Of a stretch of 64,000 nt of DNA, positions 48,812-58,303 are shown piece after piece. Origin of the DNA: an uncultured Acidobacteriota bacterium (GTDB lineage: Bacteria; Acidobacteriota; Thermoanaerobaculia; Gp7-AA8); NCBI GenBank assembly GCA_963741955.1, contig CAVUKB010000005.1, forward strand, positions 64,001-128,000, read 5' to 3'. The position numbers were made by a program, and so were the translations under genes. The notes under the pieces are model-generated. The model was not told where the DNA came from. It searched no databases and was given only the letters and a program-made list of their open reading frames with translations. Position 1 is the stretch's first letter, and each line of letters starts with the position of its first letter.

Positions 48812-50635
48812 ATGACATTCGAAGGTGAGATCAACGAAATCGAACTGATACCGCGTCTTCTCGAGCTCGGGTCGCAACACTTCACCGGTGCGATCCGCTT
48901 CGAGAACGACGCGTTCATCAAGATCATTTACTTCAAGGACGGAAATGTCCTCTCCGCGAGCACGAACGATCGATCCGACAGCATCGACGAGATCCTCCTG
49001 CGGGGCGGAAAGGTCACCCGGGAGCATCTGAAACAGGCACTCGCACGCCGCAAGGAGAACGAGACTCTCGGGGACGCCCTTCTCACCCTCGGTTTCATCA
49101 CCCGGAAAGAGCTGACCTGGGCGCGGCGGGTTCAGGTCGTCGGCGTGATCCGCTCGATCCTGCAATGGCAGTCGGGATCCTACACCATCGTCCAGGACTA
49201 CCTCCCGAAACGGGAGGAGGGGACGTTCTTCCTTCTCCCTCACGTGATCCTCGAGCTTCTGGTCACCAGCCAGGATCGGGAGGCGATCGAAAAAGAGATG
49301 GAGGGCGGAAGCGTCGTCTTCGCCGCTGCACCCGATTTCGACGCGACATACCGCACGCTCGGATTGAATCAGGATGCAGATCGGATCACCGCACTCGTCG
49401 ACGGGAACCGGTCGGCCGACGAGATCGCATCATCCTCCGCGAACGACAGCTTCACCGTCTACAAGCTCCTCTATGCGCTTGAGGTTCTCGGGTTGATCCG
49501 AGCGAAACCTAAAGTGACACATCAGGTTTCGCCCCCGGCGTTCCGTCCCCCGAGCTCGCTCGACCAACTGAGTTTCGAGGATGAACCGGCGCTGGAGATC
49601 GGTCCGGGCGCTGCGCTCGACATGGCGGGCGAGCCGGCAGCCGTGAAGGGCGGGGGTTCAGGAGGGCTCGACGTCGGGACGCCGTCCCCGGAGCTGCGGA
49701 CTCCGCTCCAATCCGCTCCGGCGGCCGCGCCCGCTTCGTCAGGCTCCGTCAGAACACCTTCCCTCGATGACATTTCGTGGGAGAAGGGGAGCGACCCCGC
49801 GGCCGACCCGACGCTGGAGATGGGTCTTCCGGATCTGAGCCGCGACTCCGGCGCCGAGTCGCTCTCGTGGAACGAGCCGGTTGAAATTCCGAACTCCCTC
49901 CCGGAGCCTGACCAGAGTTTTCCAACCCCGAACCGTGCAGCGGGCTTCACTCCGAGCTCGGTCGCGCAAGAGAAGGGCGGGAGCCGAACGTTCCTCTACG
50001 TGCTGCTCGCGATCGTGGTTCTCGGAGCGGGCGGATACTTCGGATTCAGGTGGTGGAGTGGCAGGGGAGCGGTCGCTCCGGCGCCACCCTCCGAAGCGGC
50101 GGGCATTCGGCCGCCCGCAGAAGTGGCCGTTCACCCCCCCGCCGCGAACCTTTCGCCGGTTACGACGTCGGTCGCGGAGGAGTCAGGAAGCCCGCAGGAT
50201 CCGGCGGTCGCAGATCCCGGCACGTCGTCCGCGCCGCCGGTCACGCCAAAGGTATCGACGCCGAAACCGGAACCGGTGCGTCCGGCGGTAACGGAGAAGC
50301 CGAAGCCGTCGCCGAAGCCTGCCGCCGCTGACCCTCTTCGGACGCGCTACGACGGGATGGCCGCGCAGTACGTCCGGGATGCGGCATCCGTTGGATGGAC
50401 GGTTCAGGTCGAGCTGGTTTGCGAGACCGATTCGATCACCCGCGCACTCCGCGACGGCGGTGACGGGGTCTGGTTCGTCCCGATCTCCTATCATGGCCGT
50501 GCCTGTTACCGCGTCTTCTGGGGCCGGTACACGAGTCGCAGGGGCGCAGAGGAGGCGAAGAGCGCACTTCCCGCCGCGCTCGCGGAAGGAAGTCGTCCCG
50601 CAGTGGTCGAACCGCGGAGGATCGTAACGAAATGA
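48812..50635 (+). CDS. DUF4388-domain membrane protein with C-terminal SPOR-like domain
   Basis: N-terminal FTG.I..IYFKDG..A, Pro-rich linker, one TM helix, WTVQV..CYRVFWGRY..A C-terminus. Confidence 0.75.
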   Translation: MTFEGEINEIELIPRLLELGSQHFTGAIRFENDAFIKIIYFKDGNVLSASTNDRSDSIDEILLRGGKVTREHLKQALARRKENETLGDALLTLGFITRKELTWARRVQVVGVIRSILQWQSGSYTIVQDYLPKREEGTFFLLPHVILELLVTSQDREAIEKEMEGGSVVFAAAPDFDATYRTLGLNQDADRITALVDGNRSADEIASSSANDSFTVYKLLYALEVLGLIRAKPKVTHQVSPPAFRPPSSLDQLSFEDEPALEIGPGAALDMAGEPAAVKGGGSGGLDVGTPSPELRTPLQSAPAAAPASSGSVRTPSLDDISWEKGSDPAADPTLEMGLPDLSRDSGAESLSWNEPVEIPNSLPEPDQSFPTPNRAAGFTPSSVAQEKGGSRTFLYVLLAIVVLGAGGYFGFRWWSGRGAVAPAPPSEAAGIRPPAEVAVHPPAANLSPVTTSVAEESGSPQDPAVADPGTSSAPPVTPKVSTPKPEPVRPAVTEKPKPSPKPAAADPLRTRYDGMAAQYVRDAASVGWTVQVELVCETDSITRALRDGGDGVWFVPISYHGRACYRVFWGRYTSRRGAEEAKSALPAALAEGSRPAVVEPRRIVTK

Positions 50636-51210
50636 CGGACCTGATCTCACTTGCAGGGAGCACTCTCGGGCTCGGACTCGGTGCGGGGATCAACGCGTAC
50701 GCAACCTTCCTCGTCTTCGGGTTGATCTCACGCTTCTTTCCGGAGATGTTTCCCGGAGACATGGCTCATTTCTTCTCTTCGACTCCAGTGCTGATCGTGG
50801 TGGGGGTGCTCTACGTCGTGGAGTTCGTCGCAGACAAGATTCCCGCGGTCGATCACGCCTGGGACGTGGTACACACTTTCGTCCGCCCGCTCGCCGGAGC
50901 GGTCATTGCGTTTTCCGCAGCGTCTCCCCATTTTCCGAAGGGAGTCGCGGTCCTGGCCGCTGCGATCGGAGGGAGTGCCGCGCTCACGAGCCACCTGGCC
51001 AAGGCATCGCTGCGGGTCGCCAGCACGTCCACTACGGGCGGGCTCGCGAGCCCGGTGATCTCGCTGCTCGAAGATGGATACGCCGTCGCTCAGTCGCTGC
51101 TCGCCATCTTCGTGCCGTTCGTGTTCCTGATCCTGGCTCTCCTCTTCCTGATTCCGGCCGCGTTCTTCGTTGCGCGGTTCCGGCGTCGCCGTGCTTCCGG
51201 TCCGGCGTGA
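50632..51210 (+). CDS. DUF4126 membrane protein
   Basis: AGINAYA, EFVADKIPAVDHAWD..RP.AGA, SLLED. Confidence 0.85.
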   Translation: MTDLISLAGSTLGLGLGAGINAYATFLVFGLISRFFPEMFPGDMAHFFSSTPVLIVVGVLYVVEFVADKIPAVDHAWDVVHTFVRPLAGAVIAFSAASPHFPKGVAVLAAAIGGSAALTSHLAKASLRVASTSTTGGLASPVISLLEDGYAVAQSLLAIFVPFVFLILALLFLIPAAFFVARFRRRRASGPA

Positions 51211-51650
51211 TGCTCTACCTCGTGGACGGGAGCAACCTTCTGGGAGCACTCCGGCTCGACCGCGAAGCCGACGACGCAAAACGTGAGCTCGTCCGGAGGC
51301 TGGCGTCCTACGCCAGGGCGAAGTCGAGCTCTCTCACCTGCGTCTTCGACGGCGCCGCGCCGTCGGGATTCGCACAGCACCTCGGCAGGGTTCGTATCCG
51401 ATTCGCCGCGCCACGAAGCGCGGACGACGTGCTGGTCGAAGTCGCCGCCGCAGCTGGGAAGCGTCCGTTGACCTTCGTGACTTCGGACAACTCACTGGCG
51501 GCGCGAGTGCGCCGGAGGGGTGTGGAGGTCCGCGGCTCTCTCGAGTTCGGAAGGGGACTGGCGGAGAGTGGGGTGGGGGGAGAAGAGAGTGCCGCCGGGA
51601 GCGACGATTGGGAGGAGTATTTTTCCGATCCCAAAAACAGGAACGTTTGA
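51207..51650 (+). CDS. NYN/YacP-like PIN-domain protein
   Basis: LVDGSN, VFDG, ADD, VTSD. Confidence 0.82.
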   Translation: MMLYLVDGSNLLGALRLDREADDAKRELVRRLASYARAKSSSLTCVFDGAAPSGFAQHLGRVRIRFAAPRSADDVLVEVAAAAGKRPLTFVTSDNSLAARVRRRGVEVRGSLEFGRGLAESGVGGEESAAGSDDWEEYFSDPKNRNV

Positions 51651-51783
51651 ATGTCGGCCTGCCGACAATTTTAGTAACTATCGAATTCGCAAGGAATTAG
51701 CTGCTCCTATTTTTCGATCGCGTTTTCACTCTTCCGCTCTTTCCAAAGGACCCTCGCCCGGAGGAATCGGTGCGTGGCGGATC

Positions 51784-51792
51784 TGTTATAGT
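51784..51792 (+). promoter_or_regulatory. extended -10 promoter of rnpB
   Basis: TGTTATAGT ending 8 nt before the RNase P RNA 5' end. Confidence 0.6.
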
Positions 51793-51800
51793 ACGCGTTC

Positions 51801-52168
51801 GGAGTGGATTGGAGGATCGCCGTCCCGCTTGCGGGATGGAGGAAAGTCCGAACTCCTACGGGCAGCAGGCTGGATAACGTCCAGGCGTGGCGACGCGACG
51901 GAAAGTGCAACAGAAAAGATACCGCCACAGTTCTTTCGATCTGAGGTAAGGGTGAAATGGTGCGGTAAGAGCGCACCGCGTTCCGTGTGAGCGGGACGGC
52001 AAGGTAAACCCCCTGCGGAGCAAGACCAAATAGGGAGGCAGTGGAACCGCCCGTTTCCGTTGAAAGCCTCCGGGTAGGTTGCTCGATCACCGCGGTAACG
52101 CGAGTGACAGATGAATGATCCTTACTCCTTTTGCGAGGAGCACAGAATTCGGCTTACAGGTCCACTCC
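51801..52168 (+). ncRNA. rnpB: RNase P RNA, type A
   Basis: P1 GGAGTGGA/TCCACTCC; GAGGAAAGTCC, GGAAAGTGCAACAG, GGGTGAAA..GCGGTAAGAGCGCAC, GGTAAACCCC..GAGCAAG, ACAGAATTCGGCTTA. Confidence 0.97.
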
Positions 52169-52176
52169 GACTTCCG

Positions 52177-53106
52177 CTGAAACGCCCCGCGCCTCTTCCT
52201 CCGAAGGGGCGCGCGGCGGTTCTGGCGATCTCGTCACCGTCCACGGAGGCGAGAATTCTCGAGGCGAAGCGGCATCTCGAATCCAGGGGGCTCGAAGTCG
52301 TTCTCGCGCCGAATCTCTTCGAGCGCGGCCCCAGGAGCTATCTCGCCGGAACGGATGATGAACGCGTTTCGGTGGCGAACCGCTTCCTTCGCGATCCTTC
52401 TTTCGACCTCTACCTCTTCGCCCGCGGCGGGTATGGTGCGATGCGGATCCTCCCGGAGATCGATTTCGAAGCGATCGCCGAAAATCCTCGGCCGATCATC
52501 GGATTCAGCGACCTCACGGCTCTGCATCAGGCGGTAGCGCGGGAGTCGGGGGTCGTCACGTTCCACGGCCCGATGCTGAATCTCGACTTTCACGACCGCC
52601 TCTCCCAGCAGCGCGAGGCGTGGTTCTGGTCGATGCTGCACGGTGAGGCTCCGCTCGAGCATCGCTTCGAGAGCAGCCAGGTCGTGGCGGAGGGGTCAGC
52701 GAGCGCGGTTCTTTTCGGTGGATGTCTCTCGCTCACCGCCGCTCTGATCGGAACTCCGTACGACTTCTGGGTCGATGGCGGGATCTGGTTCTGGGAAGAG
52801 GTCGACGAGCCCGTCTATCGCATCGACCGCATGTTGACCCACCTGAGGCTGTCTGGTAGATTGAGCCGGCTCCGTGGTGTGGTGATCGGCAAGTTGAAAG
52901 ACTGTGGGGAGGCCGACAGCGGCGAGCTCGATTCTCTGATCGCCGAGACCTTCCGGAATCTCGGCATTCCGGTGGTGCGAGACCTTCCGTTCGGACACCA
53001 TGGGGACAATCTCCTCCTTCCGGTCGGCGTTCCCGCTCATCTTGACACGCGCCAACTGACACTTTCGTTCACCGAGCCGGTGGTTGCGCCTCTGGTCGCA
53101 GAGTGA
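52177..53106 (+). CDS. LD-carboxypeptidase (peptidase S66)
   Basis: RGGYG, GFSD, HGPM, EEVDE, FGH. Start ambiguous: CTG 52177 or ATG 52111 inside rnpB. Confidence 0.9.
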   Translation: MKRPAPLPPKGRAAVLAISSPSTEARILEAKRHLESRGLEVVLAPNLFERGPRSYLAGTDDERVSVANRFLRDPSFDLYLFARGGYGAMRILPEIDFEAIAENPRPIIGFSDLTALHQAVARESGVVTFHGPMLNLDFHDRLSQQREAWFWSMLHGEAPLEHRFESSQVVAEGSASAVLFGGCLSLTAALIGTPYDFWVDGGIWFWEEVDEPVYRIDRMLTHLRLSGRLSRLRGVVIGKLKDCGEADSGELDSLIAETFRNLGIPVVRDLPFGHHGDNLLLPVGVPAHLDTRQLTLSFTEPVVAPLVAE

Positions 53107-53112
53107 GGCGAT

Positions 53113-53895
53113 ATGAAAGCAGTATTCAAGACTGGAGGAAAAGAGCCGGTGAAAGACGTCGCGATCTCGTACCAGGCCGGCGAGGTCATTTTCACCGAGG
53201 GCGATCTCGGGACGGAGATGTTCATCATCCAGGAGGGTGAGGTCCAGATCGTCAAACGCATCGGGAACACTTCCCATGTCCTCTCGCAGCTCGAAAAGGG
53301 CGATTTTTTCGGCGAGATGGCGGTCCTCGAGAACGCGCCGCGGAGCGCGGATGCCGTGGCAACCAGCGACGTGAAGCTGATCGCCATCAACGGTTCGCGA
53401 TTCGACGAGATGCTCCGGCGCAATCCGGAGATCGCGGTCCGGATCATGCGAAAATACTCCAAGCGTCTCCGCGAGGCGAACCGCCTCCTCGAGAGTCTCG
53501 CCGGGCGTAAAGTCGATCTCGAAGCGATCGCCGAGGCCCCCTCGGATGCTCCTCCCGCCCCCCGCATGCGCCGTCATCGTCTCGTCGACCTCTCGACGGG
53601 GACTGCGTTCTACTTCCGCGAGGATACCGATACCTCCGTCGGCCGGGCCGATCCGGTCACCGGCATCCATCCCGACATCGACCTCACCGCCGTCGACACC
53701 CAGCGCTCCGTCTCTCGCCGCCACGCGAAAGTCCTCAAGGAAGGCGACACGTTCTCGATCATCGAGGAAGTCGGAACCGTCAACGGGACTTACGTCAACG
53801 AGCAGAGGATTCCCACCGGAATCCCGGTCCCGATCCAGAATGGCGACCGCGTGAAGATCGGGCTGATCGAGATGAAGGTCATCTTCGAAGCGTAA
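53113..53895 (+). CDS. cyclic-nucleotide-binding + FHA domain protein
   Basis: FFGEMA..PRSA (cNMP); GR..VSRRHA..NGT.VN (FHA). Confidence 0.9.
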   Translation: MKAVFKTGGKEPVKDVAISYQAGEVIFTEGDLGTEMFIIQEGEVQIVKRIGNTSHVLSQLEKGDFFGEMAVLENAPRSADAVATSDVKLIAINGSRFDEMLRRNPEIAVRIMRKYSKRLREANRLLESLAGRKVDLEAIAEAPSDAPPAPRMRRHRLVDLSTGTAFYFREDTDTSVGRADPVTGIHPDIDLTAVDTQRSVSRRHAKVLKEGDTFSIIEEVGTVNGTYVNEQRIPTGIPVPIQNGDRVKIGLIEMKVIFEA

Positions 53896-53960
53896 TCCCG
53901 AACGAATTTGACCTCGCTGCTTCGCTTTCTCGCTACGGAAGTTTCTATCGCGCAGACTCC
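53894..53960. mobile_element. right half of the MITE-like element
   Basis: Near-identical to 33178-33244; ends GTTTCTATCGCGCAGACTCC. Confidence 0.7.
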
Positions 53961-54054
53961 CAGAGCGCCGTCACTTCGTGAGACCGCATTCGGTTCGTGA
54001 TGCGGGAGTTTTTCGACGCTTGGCATTTCGCGCACACCGAGGGAGAATCGAGGC

Positions 54055-56154
54055 GTGGCGCGACCGAGTCCGAAAACCGAATGGCAGCCTGACCCCGACA
54101 AACCGGTGCAGTATCTGCGCGGCGTCGGCCAGTCACGTGCGGCACTGTTCGAGACCGCGGGGATCCGCACCGCGCGAGACCTGGTCTATCTGTTCCCTCG
54201 TCGGTACGAGGACCGCCGGAATCAGGTCACCGTGGCCGAGCTCGGGACAGTCGACTCTCCTGTGGCGATCCGCGGACGGATCCTCTCGTGCGGAACGAAG
54301 CTCTCGCCGATCAAACGGCTCGAGATTTTCGAAGCGATTCTCGACGACGGAAGCGGAACCATCACGCTGGTCTGGTTCAATCAACCGTACCGTGCGAAAC
54401 AGATCGCACGCCATACTCAGCTCGCCGTCTTCGGACAGCCTCGGGTGAACAACCGCGGGCGGCTTCAGATCGAGAACCCCGACGTCGAGGTCCTTCCTCC
54501 GGATGGCGAGTCGGATTACGACGGCGCAGTGGTCCCGATCTACCCGGCCATTTCCATGATCCCGGGGAAGAGTGTTCGCGGGATCGTACGACAGGCGCTC
54601 GAAACGGTTGGCGCGATCGAAGATCCGCTTCCCGCCTCTCTCCGGAAGGAGCTCGGCGTGATCGGTCTCCATCGAGCGCTGGTGCAGATGCACCAGCCGG
54701 ACGATCTGACGCCGACGTTTCTCGCCGGCGAATCCGCGGCCCACCGGCGTCTGATCCTCGAGGAGTTCTTCAGGTTTCAGCTCGCGCTCAGAATCCGTCG
54801 CGCGGCGGAAGAGCGACAGACGAAGGAGCGGACCGTCCGCATCGACGACGCGGTCCGCGAACGGGTGCGGAAGGTTCTGCCGTTCCGGCTCACCGGAGCG
54901 CAGAAGCGCGTTCTGAAGGAGATCGCGGCCGACATGACGTCCGACCGTCCGATGTACCGGCTGTTGCAGGGCGACGTCGGGAGCGGAAAGACGATCGTCG
55001 CATTGATCGCGGCGATCCTCGCGATCGAGAACGGGCATCAGGCGGCTTTGCTCGCGCCGACGGAGATCCTCGCCGAACAGCACTACCAGCGGATCTCGCA
55101 GCTGCTCGAGTCCTCGGGGATTCGAGTCGCAAAGCTCTCCGGTGCGACGCCTGCGGCCGCTCGACGGGACCTCCTCGGACGGCTCGCGGCCGGAAGGATC
55201 GACATTCTGGTGGGGACGCACGCGATCCTCGAGCCTGCGGTGAGGTTCCACTCGCTCGGACTGGCCATCGTCGACGAACAGCACCGCTTCGGTGTGGTAC
55301 AGCGCCAGAAGCTGTTCCTGAAAGGGAATCTCCCCGATATCCTCGTGATGACCGCGACGCCCATTCCGCGTTCGCTCGCCATCGCCCTCTATGGTGATCT
55401 GGAGCTCTCGGTGATCGACGAGCTGCCTCCCGGACGCCTCCCGGTCAGGACCGTCGTGAGGGGCTCCGCACGCTTTTCGAAGGTCCTCGAGTTCGTCGCG
55501 AAAGAAGTCGCGTCGGGCGCTCAGGCGTACGTGGTCTATCCGATCATCGACGAATCCGAGGTTCTCGATCTGAAGCCGCTCACGGCCGGGTACGAGGAGA
55601 TTCGGGAGGCGCTTCCGAATTGCCGGGTCGCGATGCTCCACGGTCGGATGAGCGCGGAGGAGAAGGAAGCGGTGATGGAGCGCTTCAAGGAACGAGAGGT
55701 GGACATCCTCGTTTCGACCACGGTGATCGAGGTCGGGATCGATGTTCCGGCCGCCTCGACCATGGTCGTGGTTGGCGCCGACCGCTTCGGATTCTCGCAG
55801 CTCCATCAGCTGAGGGGGAGGATCGGGCGCGGATCGCGAAGATCGTACTGCGTCCTGATCCGCGACGAGAAAGCCTCCGAGGAGGCGAAGCAGCGTCTCC
55901 GATCGTTCGAGTCGACGCGCGACGGATTCGAAGTGGCCGAGCGTGACCTCGCCGCTCGCGGCGCTGGCGACTTCTTCGGCACCCGGCAGTCGGGTGTCCC
56001 GCGATTCCGGTATGGAGATCTGCTGCGGCATCACCGTCTGATGGAGAAGGCCCGCGACGTCGCGATCAGCATCATCCGTCGCGAAGGTCTCGCCGGGGCC
56101 GAGCGGTTGGTGAAGACCCTGATGCCGGAGTGGAGCCTGATCGAAAAGGACTGA
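54055..56154 (+). CDS. recG: ATP-dependent DNA helicase RecG
   Basis: QGDVGSGKT, DEQH, TATPIPR, QLRGRIGRG, RGAG.FFGTRQSG. Confidence 0.97.
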   Translation: MARPSPKTEWQPDPDKPVQYLRGVGQSRAALFETAGIRTARDLVYLFPRRYEDRRNQVTVAELGTVDSPVAIRGRILSCGTKLSPIKRLEIFEAILDDGSGTITLVWFNQPYRAKQIARHTQLAVFGQPRVNNRGRLQIENPDVEVLPPDGESDYDGAVVPIYPAISMIPGKSVRGIVRQALETVGAIEDPLPASLRKELGVIGLHRALVQMHQPDDLTPTFLAGESAAHRRLILEEFFRFQLALRIRRAAEERQTKERTVRIDDAVRERVRKVLPFRLTGAQKRVLKEIAADMTSDRPMYRLLQGDVGSGKTIVALIAAILAIENGHQAALLAPTEILAEQHYQRISQLLESSGIRVAKLSGATPAAARRDLLGRLAAGRIDILVGTHAILEPAVRFHSLGLAIVDEQHRFGVVQRQKLFLKGNLPDILVMTATPIPRSLAIALYGDLELSVIDELPPGRLPVRTVVRGSARFSKVLEFVAKEVASGAQAYVVYPIIDESEVLDLKPLTAGYEEIREALPNCRVAMLHGRMSAEEKEAVMERFKEREVDILVSTTVIEVGIDVPAASTMVVVGADRFGFSQLHQLRGRIGRGSRRSYCVLIRDEKASEEAKQRLRSFESTRDGFEVAERDLAARGAGDFFGTRQSGVPRFRYGDLLRHHRLMEKARDVAISIIRREGLAGAERLVKTLMPEWSLIEKD

Positions 56155-56455
56155 GACTGTCTAACCCCTGTAGTCATCTTTGAGAGTTAGTCACTGAAAG
56201 GTGGTTCGGAATCGAAACGTGATGATCTCGAGCCGAACGGGTGGAGGATACGGAGCGGATGCGGAACCTCCGTCGTTCATAGGAGTGAGCTCATGAATCC
56301 CTTCCTCAGGCTTTCACCTCGATTCGGGGACTGTTAAACTGCGCGCTCCATTCCCGCTGGCCGGAGCGGACGCCGCCTCCGGAGTCGTCGGGGGGCGGAG
56401 CCGGGCGGCAGCCGGCGAGCGTGCCGGCACAGCGAACGATTCGATCGGGGAGACA

Positions 56456-57469
56456 TTGAGCGACAAGGGAATCGTACTCAGCGGCCTCAGGCCGACGGGC
56501 AGAATCCATCTCGGAAACTACTTCGGTGCGGTCAGGAACTGGGTCGGACTCCAGGACGACTACCGCTGCTTCTACTTCGTAGCCGACTGGCACGCGCTGA
56601 CCACCGACTACGCAGATCCGTCGAAGATCCATCAGGCGACGTTCGACGCGGTGGCCGACTGGCTCGCGGCCGGACTCGACCCGGAGAAATGCACCATCTT
56701 CCTTCAGTCCGAGGTCAAGGAGCACGCGGAGCTTCACCTCCTCCTTTCGATGGTCACTCCCTTGCCGTGGCTCGAGCGCGTTCCGACGTACAAAGAGCAG
56801 CAGCAGCAGCTCGCCGAGCGGGAGCTGAACACGTACGGATTTCTCGGCTATCCGCTTCTGCAGACCGCTGACATCGTGGTCTACCGCGCGGACCGCGTAC
56901 CGGTCGGGGAAGATCAGGCCGCACATCTCGAGATCTCTCGGGAGATCGTGCGGCGGTTCAACAACTTCTTCGGACCGGTGTTTCCGGAGCCGCAGGCACT
57001 CTTCACCGAGACGCCGAAGGTTCCCGGTCTGGACGGGCGGAAGATGTCGAAGAGCTACGGCAACACCATCGGTCTCACTTCCTCGCCCGACGAGATCCGG
57101 TCGCTGGTCTCGACCATGTTCACCGATCCGAACCGGGTCCGGCGCAGCGATCCCGGGAATCCCGACATCTGCAATCTGTTCCAGTTTCACCGGATCTTCT
57201 CGGATGCGGAGACCATCGCGCGGGTGGATCGCGAGTGCCGCGCGGCCGAGATCGGGTGCGTCCAGGACAAGAAGCTCCTGGCGTCGATCATGATCGACGC
57301 GCTCGCTCCGATCCGGGAGCGGCGTGAGAGAATCGATCGCGATCCGTCGATCGTCTGGGACGCCCTGCGCGAAGGGAATAAGGTGGCGCGAGAGCGTGCG
57401 GCAGAAACGCTGGAGATCGTCCGCCAGGCGATGAAACTGAACTATCCTGAGCTCGAAGCGAGATCATGA
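56456..57469 (+). CDS. trpS: tryptophan--tRNA ligase
   Basis: PTG.IHLGN, YPLLQTAD, VPVGEDQ, KMSKS. Confidence 0.97.
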   Translation: MSDKGIVLSGLRPTGRIHLGNYFGAVRNWVGLQDDYRCFYFVADWHALTTDYADPSKIHQATFDAVADWLAAGLDPEKCTIFLQSEVKEHAELHLLLSMVTPLPWLERVPTYKEQQQQLAERELNTYGFLGYPLLQTADIVVYRADRVPVGEDQAAHLEISREIVRRFNNFFGPVFPEPQALFTETPKVPGLDGRKMSKSYGNTIGLTSSPDEIRSLVSTMFTDPNRVRRSDPGNPDICNLFQFHRIFSDAETIARVDRECRAAEIGCVQDKKLLASIMIDALAPIRERRERIDRDPSIVWDALREGNKVARERAAETLEIVRQAMKLNYPELEARS

Positions 57470-58299
57470 CCACCGAAGACTCCCCGAACCCGGAAGAGCT
57501 GGAGCCTCTGAATGCCGTCGCGGAACCGATGGACGGCGAAGAGGATGAAGATCAGCCTTCGTACAGCGTCACTCTTCCGGCCTTCGAGGGTCCGCTCGAT
57601 CTGCTGCTGCATCTCATCAAGCAGCATAAGGTCGACATCTACGACATCCCGATCATGCTCATCACCGAGCAGTACAACGCATACCTCGACACGATGCAGG
57701 AGCTCGATCTCGACATCGCCGCGGAGTACATCTACATGGCGGCGCTGCTGATCCACATCAAGTCGAAGATGCTCCTGCCACGGAACGAGGACGAAGCCGA
57801 ATCGGAGGATCCACGAGCGGAGCTGGTGGACCGGCTGCTCGAGTACCAGCGGTTCAAGGCCGTGGCCGAGTCCTTCGCCGAGATCGACGTCGTCAGGATG
57901 GGCGTCTGGACGCATCCACCGGAGAAGATCACTCCCGACGCGACCGAGATCGACATCAGCGAAGTCTCTCTATTCGACCTCCTCGACGCGTTCCGCACCG
58001 CACTGCAGCGATACAAGAAAGACCACCCCAATCCGATCGAGCTGAAACGTTCGACGCACAAGGTCTCCGACAAGATGCGCGAGCTGGTGGTCGAGCTCGG
58101 CCGCCGCTCGCCGATGCGACTCCAGTGGTATCTCGAGGGGCGAGATCGGGGCGAGCTCGTCGCCATCTTCCTCGGCGTGCTCGAGCTGGTGCGACTGGGG
58201 GGAATCTCTCTCCGCCAGCACGACGTCTTCGGAGAGATCGTGATTCACCGTACCGAAAAGGAGATCGACGAGGCGCAGTTTGCGCTGTACGACCACTGA
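57466..58299 (+). CDS. scpA: segregation/condensation protein A
   Basis: FEGPLDLLL, IKSKMLLP, FLGVLEL. Confidence 0.95.
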   Translation: MTTEDSPNPEELEPLNAVAEPMDGEEDEDQPSYSVTLPAFEGPLDLLLHLIKQHKVDIYDIPIMLITEQYNAYLDTMQELDLDIAAEYIYMAALLIHIKSKMLLPRNEDEAESEDPRAELVDRLLEYQRFKAVAESFAEIDVVRMGVWTHPPEKITPDATEIDISEVSLFDLLDAFRTALQRYKKDHPNPIELKRSTHKVSDKMRELVVELGRRSPMRLQWYLEGRDRGELVAIFLGVLELVRLGGISLRQHDVFGEIVIHRTEKEIDEAQFALYDH

Positions 58300-58303
58300 C
58301 ACG

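Noticed and set aside
51655-51740. AT-rich patch before rnpB as an att/dif-like site
   Set aside because: No integrase, no duplicated core and no clean XerCD palindrome; more likely upstream promoter DNA.
56155-56455. T-box riboswitch upstream of trpS
   Set aside because: AAGGTGGTTCGG only loosely resembles the T-box core. No GGTGGNACC, stem I or terminator is seen, and it lies upstream of the likely -10.
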